From positions 420,001 to 452,000 of the forward strand of contig NZ_LT934425.1 in NCBI RefSeq assembly GCF_900232105.1: DNA of 32,000 bases. The letters are read 5' to 3'. The translations under genes were made by a program, and so were the position numbers. Below the pieces are notes generated by a model. The model made no database searches. It saw only the letters and a list, made by a program, of their open reading frames with translations, and was not told where the DNA came from. Positions 26,982 to 32,000 of the stretch are shown here, in pieces. The stretch comes from Candidatus Kuenenia stuttgartensis (GTDB lineage Bacteria > Planctomycetota > Brocadiia > Brocadiales > Brocadiaceae). Every line of letters starts with the position of its first letter. The first letter of the stretch is position 1.

Positions 26982-27353
26982 AAAAGATTTGATATGGAAA
27001 AACGTGGTGGGTGACTATTACCCTTAAAACCAGCGGATAACAGTGAAAAATATTCCTATCTTTTAACGTTTTCGCGTTATAGCCTCTTAAACCCTGTCAA
27101 GATTACTATGAAAAAGTGTTAAAGAATGCCAAGCCAGACAGAACAGAGCAGCCAAAATAGAGAGGACTTGTTAAGGAGATTAAACAGAAATTCATAATAG
27201 AGGTAAATGGATTTACCTGAATATAATCAATTCCAACATATCCTTGTGATCAAAACTGTTAAACGTATAATCGTTTTAGGAAGAAACACATAAAATTGTC
27301 AATAGATTAGGTTTGACCCCATGACCTCCCTTAAATAAATATCCTTGAATAAA

Positions 27354-28358
27354 ATGAGCCAAAATAAAATGGTAGAATTTTTAGTAGAACACAAAACTTG
27401 GTTACTGATAGGTTCTTTTATCATAGCCTTGCTTCTCCCTGCATTACAACATTTATCAAATATTGTTTCAGAGCATAAAGCTCAAAAAGATCAAGAAAAA
27501 TTGATGCAAGAAAATAAGGCTCTTCAAAAACAAGTAGAGGTCTTATCTACACAAAATGTTGAGTTGTCAAAACAAGTGTCAATTTTAGACAGCAAAGCAG
27601 AAATAATAAAAGGAATAGGCCAGAACCAATTGTTTGCTACATTTTACACAGAGGAATTAAGTCAGAACATAAGTAGCATGTGGCTCAAGATTATGCTTAA
27701 AGAAGAAATGGAATATGCCAAGCTGTTACCTCTTGCTTTTGCCATTGAAATTTCATTTGACAAATATAATTCAAATACAACTCGGTTTTATATAACTGAC
27801 GCAGGTACGATGGCTAATTCAAAGGGTAAAAGCACTCCTGTTTCAAGCTATCGAGTCGTAAGTGGCGCATTAAAAAGAAAGGAAGACAAAATATACTCTG
27901 AAATGTTTGCCCCTTCACAGAAAAGCTTAAATGAAATTGTAGTGCCTATAACAATATTTGAACAGGACAAAATGACAATAAAACAATTTCAAGACTATTC
28001 AATCATTTTTTTTCTTCCTGATGCAATCATAGATATCGCTACTAACCTGGAGTTTATTATCAACGGTTGGGCAATATTAGATCAATCAATAAACAGTGCT
28101 GTTTGGGTCCGGAATCCTGCAAAGTATTCTTGGTATCATGTTGGCAATATTGAAAATTTAAAAAGATCTGCAACAAACGACCCTTCTGTTGCCCCCGCAT
28201 TCTCATTATGGCCATTAAATCTTTTCCAAGGTATTCCAAAAAAATATTCTGGCTTCCCTGGTAGTGTACGACCAATTTTTCATGTAACACATGCCGAAAT
28301 AAAAAGTGAACAAGACATTCAACCTGACCGCGTGGAATCCGGACATGTTGAAAAGTAA
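27354..28358 (+). CDS. Hypothetical membrane-anchored coiled-coil protein (about 334 aa)
   Basis: It has one TM helix (WLLIGSFIIALLLPAL) and a heptad-like stretch (KAQKDQEKLMQENKALQKQVEVLSTQNVELSKQV). The C-terminal domain of about 230 aa is unrecognised. The start is uncertain (TTG 27345, ATG 27354 or ATG 27369) and there is no clear SD. The region is AT-rich. Confidence 0.55.
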   Translation: MSQNKMVEFLVEHKTWLLIGSFIIALLLPALQHLSNIVSEHKAQKDQEKLMQENKALQKQVEVLSTQNVELSKQVSILDSKAEIIKGIGQNQLFATFYTEELSQNISSMWLKIMLKEEMEYAKLLPLAFAIEISFDKYNSNTTRFYITDAGTMANSKGKSTPVSSYRVVSGALKRKEDKIYSEMFAPSQKSLNEIVVPITIFEQDKMTIKQFQDYSIIFFLPDAIIDIATNLEFIINGWAILDQSINSAVWVRNPAKYSWYHVGNIENLKRSATNDPSVAPAFSLWPLNLFQGIPKKYSGFPGSVRPIFHVTHAEIKSEQDIQPDRVESGHVEK

Positions 28359-28458
28359 CTTGACAGCTAGAATTTTCCTTATCAGATGCACCGATCTCAC
28401 GGCAGCAGCTTATCTCGCACATTGTTCGAAGGAAAAGAAATAACCCTAGGGGAATAGA

Positions 28459-28470
28459 GGGACACTTCCC
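28459..28470. repeat. Third copy of GGGACACTTCCC
   Basis: Its context aatagaGGGACACTTCCCaca resembles atatagGGGACACTTCCCtta at 20970. Confidence 0.5.
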
Positions 28471-28512
28471 ACATTTCATTCTTTTCTAAGGGGGGACTTT
28501 TGGGTCAAGAAT

Positions 28513-28611
28513 GGGGTCACATCTTGATTAGTGATTATATTGTTGATAATCGGTTGATTCAGAGGACGCCATACTTAATTTGGCAGATTTTCATTCTTAT
28601 TTTGTGACCCC
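28513..28611. repeat. 9-bp inverted repeat GGGGTCACA / TGTGACCCC with an 81-nt spacer
   Basis: Arms are 28513-21 and 28603-11. A related TGACCCC lies at 27314-20 upstream of the 337-aa gene. Confidence 0.4.
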
Positions 28612-28748
28612 TTCAGACACCTGAACCCATGAGTTTATTCGGAGAATAACGCTGTGTGCAGTCGATGGCAGAATCGATAATATAGAATGCTAGATTAAAG
28701 TTACAAACTTGATACCCACAAGCAAACCCGCAGAGGAGATAAAAAACC

Positions 28749-31700
28749 ATGACAAAAGAAGTATCTCAACGATTAGAATCCGGCAGAAAAGAGTTGCTGG
28801 ACCTTAGTATGCGCAATCCATTGCTAAATCAACGTAAACGTGCCAAGCAAGTGGAGGTTTCGGATGAACTTTCCAATGAGATATACCGTATATTGGTAAC
28901 GCAAGGTAAGGAAATGAGCTTTGAAGCATTGCCAGAATCAAAACTTGCACAAATAGTGGAGACAAATGAAAACGAAGAAAACCAAAAAAACCATGACGAG
29001 GATATCAATTCGACAGATTTACTTGCACAACCTGAAGAGTCTCTTGCAGAAGGAATGCTGGCGTCTCGCCATACAGATAGAAAGCTACAAACTATTCTTT
29101 CATCGGAGAAGTTGCAAACAAGAGTACTATCTATTCATAACGATGCCAAAACATACATAGAGGAACAGGGTGTAAATATACTTTATTTGGCATTAGGTTT
29201 CCTCTATTGGTATGAATCAGATAGCGTCAAAGAACCCAGGCGTGCTCCATTAATTCTTGTACCTGTTGAATTGAAACGTATAAGCGCACAGGATCGTTTT
29301 TTTCTTCTTTATACAGGAGAAGAAATAGGAGATAACCTTTCACTCATAGAAAAACTCAAAACAGAATTCAGTGTTAACTTGCCAGAAATCGGAGATACGG
29401 ATGATTTGAACCCGAACTCCTATTTTTCCGAAGTTTGCAAGGTAATTAATGCAAATTCTCGCTGGAAGGTGGAAGCTAATGAGATTACATTGGGATTTTT
29501 CTCTTTTGGAAAATTTCTAATGTATAAAGATTTGGATGCTAACGCCTGGAGCAAAGAAACAGCCCCTTGTGACCATAAAATACTTTCTACATTATTAGAT
29601 GATGGTTTTAGGGAAGCAGACAGTTCATATGACGAAGGAACACATATTGATGAAATTGTTTCACCCTCTGAAGTACACCTGATTAAGGATGCTGATAGTA
29701 CTCAGATGCTGGCTATCTTGGACGTAAATGCCGGTCGCAATATGGTAATTCAGGGTCCACCTGGCACTGGTAAATCTCAAACCATTACTAATATAATTGC
29801 AGAATGCATTGGAAACGGAAAGAAAGTTTTATTTGTATCAGAAAAGATGGCTGCGCTGGAGGTTGTTAAACGTAGGTTAGACGATGTTGGATTGGGAGAC
29901 GCTGTATTAGAGCTGCACAGTCACAAGACCAACAAAAAGAAGGTGTTGGAAGAATTAAACCGCACCTTGCATCAGAAACAACCACTTGTAAAAAATACAA
30001 AAGATGACATTGAGGCTTTAACACAACTGCGTGACAAATTAAACACATATTGCAATGCTGTAAACAAGCCCATAGGAAATACAAAAATAAGTTTTGTAAA
30101 GGCGCTTGGCGGTGCTTTACAAATTACTGAAGGTATGCAAACAACTTCACTATTTAATTTTGCACCAATGGTTGAGTGGCCGGAATCCAACTATAAAAAT
30201 GCGCGGATGCTCGTTGAAGAACTGGACCGATATTTAGAGGAAGCTGGTCCACCGGCACGAAATTGTTTCAAAGATAGTCGGTTGGATGAATCCCTACCTT
30301 CTCAACGCCAATACATAGAAAATATTTTGAAAGAAGCTTATACACTAACAAAAGAGTTAATAGGTAAAACTACTGTACTTGCAGAATCTGTGAAATTAAA
30401 AATTCCGGAAAATATTCAGGAATTGGATATGCTTATCCGTACCTCTAAACGAATTATTGAATCACCGTTTCTTGATGGTATTAAAATAGATTCCGGAAAA
30501 TGGAAGGAACACAAAGACGAAATTGTTCAACTGATTGATGCCGGGTGCCGCCTCAAAGAATTGCATAAATTGTATGATGAATATCTGATCGATGACGCAT
30601 GGGAACAAGACCTCTCTGAAGTCCTTCAAAATTATATTAAAAGAGGTAAAAAATGGTGGAGTTTTCTTTCTGGCAATTTTAGGCGATCTAAAGCTCGTTT
30701 ACAGAGATTAAGTCGTAAGCAATTGCCTAAAAATTCAACCAAAATTATCGAAATAATAGAAGCCGTGCTGGAGAGTCAGAAGTTCTGTAAAATCTACAGC
30801 AACTATGAATCATTAGGCAAAACATTATTTGGAATTCAATGGAAAGGCAAGGAATCCGATTGGGATACGTTAGAAAAACTCTTCAAATGGATCGTGGCTC
30901 TTTATCAAGACATCGACAATAATGTTATACCGACAATAATTATTAACGTTATTTACGAACCAAATCTTGCTATTAGACTTAAGGAACAATTAAGTAATGT
31001 AGAGCCGTTGATACAAAAACATAATGAAGCCTTGTTTGCTGTTTCTGTTAACTTGAAATTGCAAAATGAAGATACCGATAAGAGTTATTGGGATATTTCG
31101 ATGAATTCCATGAAATGCTTTTTTGAAGAATGGCAGAGTCGTTTTGATGATTTATATAATATTGTTCGCTACAATCAGATTTCTAATAATATGAAAGACC
31201 ATGGTTTGTCTTTTATCATTGAGGTTACAAAAGAGTGGGATAAGGGCAGAGGATCGCTCGTCAGGGCATTTGATTACTGTTGGTATAATGGGCTTGTAGA
31301 AAAGGCTTATTCGGAAAATCCTTCGATAAAGTTGTTTGATAGAGTTCAGCATGAACACATCCTCAATAATTTTTCACGTCTTGATCATTTACTTTTTGAA
31401 TACAATAAAGCCAGATTAATGTTGTCTCATTGGGAGACACTGCCAAGTTTGAGTGGAGGCGGGCAACTGCAAATTATTAGCAGAGAGATTCATAAAAAGA
31501 GACGCCATATGCCAATTCGCGAATTGGTTAATCAAGCAGGGCAAGCCATACAGGCAATTAAACCAGTATTTATGATGAGTCCAATGTCTATCGCTATGTA
31601 TATTCCTCCTTCAGTATTGGAGTTTGATCTTGTAATATTTGACGAAGCCAGCCAAGTTAAACCTGTGGATGCTTTTGGCGCAATATTACGGAGTAAGCAG

Positions 31701-32000
31701 GCAGTTATTGTTGGGGATGACAAACAACTTCCTCCTACAAGTTTTTTTAATAGCTTGCAAAACTCTGATGATGAAGAAGACTTTGACAATCTTGGGGATA
31801 TGGAAAGTATTCTAAGTCTATTTTTGGCAAAAGGTGCGCCGGAACGTATGCTAAGGTGGCATTATCGCAGCCGTCATGAGTCACTAATTGCAGTGTCTAA
31901 TAACGAGTTTTACGACAATCGTTTGGTTGTATTTCCCAGTCCAGGCATTAATTCTAATGCAAGAGGACTCAGATTAAGACATTTTCCAAAGACTGCTTAT
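28749..32000 (+). CDS. DUF4011-type SF1 helicase (Upf1/DNA2-like AAA_11/AAA_12 core), 3-prime end beyond window; at least 1,083 aa visible
   Basis: It is not in the supplied ORF track. GAGGAG lies 10 nt upstream of the ATG. I translated the frame through to 32000 without meeting a stop. Motifs seen: LLDLSMRNPLLN, GVNILYLALGFLYWYES, Walker A QGPPGTGKSQTITN, motif II FDLVIFDEASQV, GDDKQLPPT and LRWHYRSRHESLIAVSNNEFY. Confidence 0.85.
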   Translation, partial: MTKEVSQRLESGRKELLDLSMRNPLLNQRKRAKQVEVSDELSNEIYRILVTQGKEMSFEALPESKLAQIVETNENEENQKNHDEDINSTDLLAQPEESLAEGMLASRHTDRKLQTILSSEKLQTRVLSIHNDAKTYIEEQGVNILYLALGFLYWYESDSVKEPRRAPLILVPVELKRISAQDRFFLLYTGEEIGDNLSLIEKLKTEFSVNLPEIGDTDDLNPNSYFSEVCKVINANSRWKVEANEITLGFFSFGKFLMYKDLDANAWSKETAPCDHKILSTLLDDGFREADSSYDEGTHIDEIVSPSEVHLIKDADSTQMLAILDVNAGRNMVIQGPPGTGKSQTITNIIAECIGNGKKVLFVSEKMAALEVVKRRLDDVGLGDAVLELHSHKTNKKKVLEELNRTLHQKQPLVKNTKDDIEALTQLRDKLNTYCNAVNKPIGNTKISFVKALGGALQITEGMQTTSLFNFAPMVEWPESNYKNARMLVEELDRYLEEAGPPARNCFKDSRLDESLPSQRQYIENILKEAYTLTKELIGKTTVLAESVKLKIPENIQELDMLIRTSKRIIESPFLDGIKIDSGKWKEHKDEIVQLIDAGCRLKELHKLYDEYLIDDAWEQDLSEVLQNYIKRGKKWWSFLSGNFRRSKARLQRLSRKQLPKNSTKIIEIIEAVLESQKFCKIYSNYESLGKTLFGIQWKGKESDWDTLEKLFKWIVALYQDIDNNVIPTIIINVIYEPNLAIRLKEQLSNVEPLIQKHNEALFAVSVNLKLQNEDTDKSYWDISMNSMKCFFEEWQSRFDDLYNIVRYNQISNNMKDHGLSFIIEVTKEWDKGRGSLVRAFDYCWYNGLVEKAYSENPSIKLFDRVQHEHILNNFSRLDHLLFEYNKARLMLSHWETLPSLSGGGQLQIISREIHKKRRHMPIRELVNQAGQAIQAIKPVFMMSPMSIAMYIPPSVLEFDLVIFDEASQVKPVDAFGAILRSKQAVIVGDDKQLPPTSFFNSLQNSDDEEDFDNLGDMESILSLFLAKGAPERMLRWHYRSRHESLIAVSNNEFYDNRLVVFPSPGINSNARGLRLRHFPKTAY

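Noticed and set aside
28060-28479. 139-aa and 61-aa minus-strand ORFs overlapping the end of the 337-aa gene
   Set aside because: They are antisense to a longer ORF and extend into the repeat-rich spacer. Nothing recognisable supports them.
20930-28630. CCTGAACCCAT at 20930 and 28620 (plus CCTGAACCC at 21550) as att-like direct repeats bounding the island
   Set aside because: Repeats of 11-mers are expected by chance in 32 kb. Their order relative to GGGACACTTCCC differs at the two ends, so they do not define a simple insertion.
28966-30190. Track ORFs 28966..29160 (+), 29866..30084 (-) and 29972..30190 (-)
   Set aside because: They are out of frame or antisense within the long helicase ORF, which has clear Walker A/B and DUF4011 motifs.
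1-32000. tRNA, rRNA, tmRNA or other structured RNA genes
   Set aside because: No cloverleaf-like GC-rich segments of 70-90 nt or rRNA-like stretches were seen in the spacers. The structured elements present are short palindromes. A tRNAscan or cmscan run would be needed to be certain.

Overview
All calls come from reading the sequence and recognising motifs by eye. No searches or folding programs were run. The window splits into two parts.

**Part A (about 1-20.7 kb): compact, mostly housekeeping genes.**
- + strand genes: ygiQ radical SAM (cut by the window edge), a MATE exporter, an MgtE-like transporter, rmuC, and a DUF2284 / phasin-like / ubiB / xerD run.
- - strand genes: a Gdx/SugE exporter, a UDP-sugar epimerase, a radC, small ORF, pyk, stand-alone NAD(P)HX epimerase, parE, parC run.
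- The intergenic spacers carry at least six families of short palindromic (REP-like) motifs and degenerate T-rich GRATTT tracts.

**Part B (about 20.7-32 kb): accessory-looking DNA.**
- A REP-hairpin cluster sits next to a 26-codon remnant of an IS200/IS605-type (RAYT-like) transposase.
- A roughly 901-aa multi-domain surface protein gene is split cleanly by an intact 2,004-bp IS4/IS1634-like element, with near-perfect inverted repeats and a CTAG duplication.
- Two visibly AT-richer orphan genes follow: a 134-aa secreted protein and a 337-aa membrane-anchored coiled-coil protein.
- A very large ORF starts at 28749 and runs off the window. It is absent from the supplied ORF track. It encodes a DUF4011-type SF1 (Upf1/DNA2-like) helicase, an architecture reported for single-gene Hhe-like antiphage systems.

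The helicase plus the orphan genes beside it are my best candidate for something novel, but the link between them is inference only. I saw no rRNA, tRNA or CRISPR array. A taxonomic guess (an uncultivated environmental lineage, perhaps Planctomycetota-like) is speculation.
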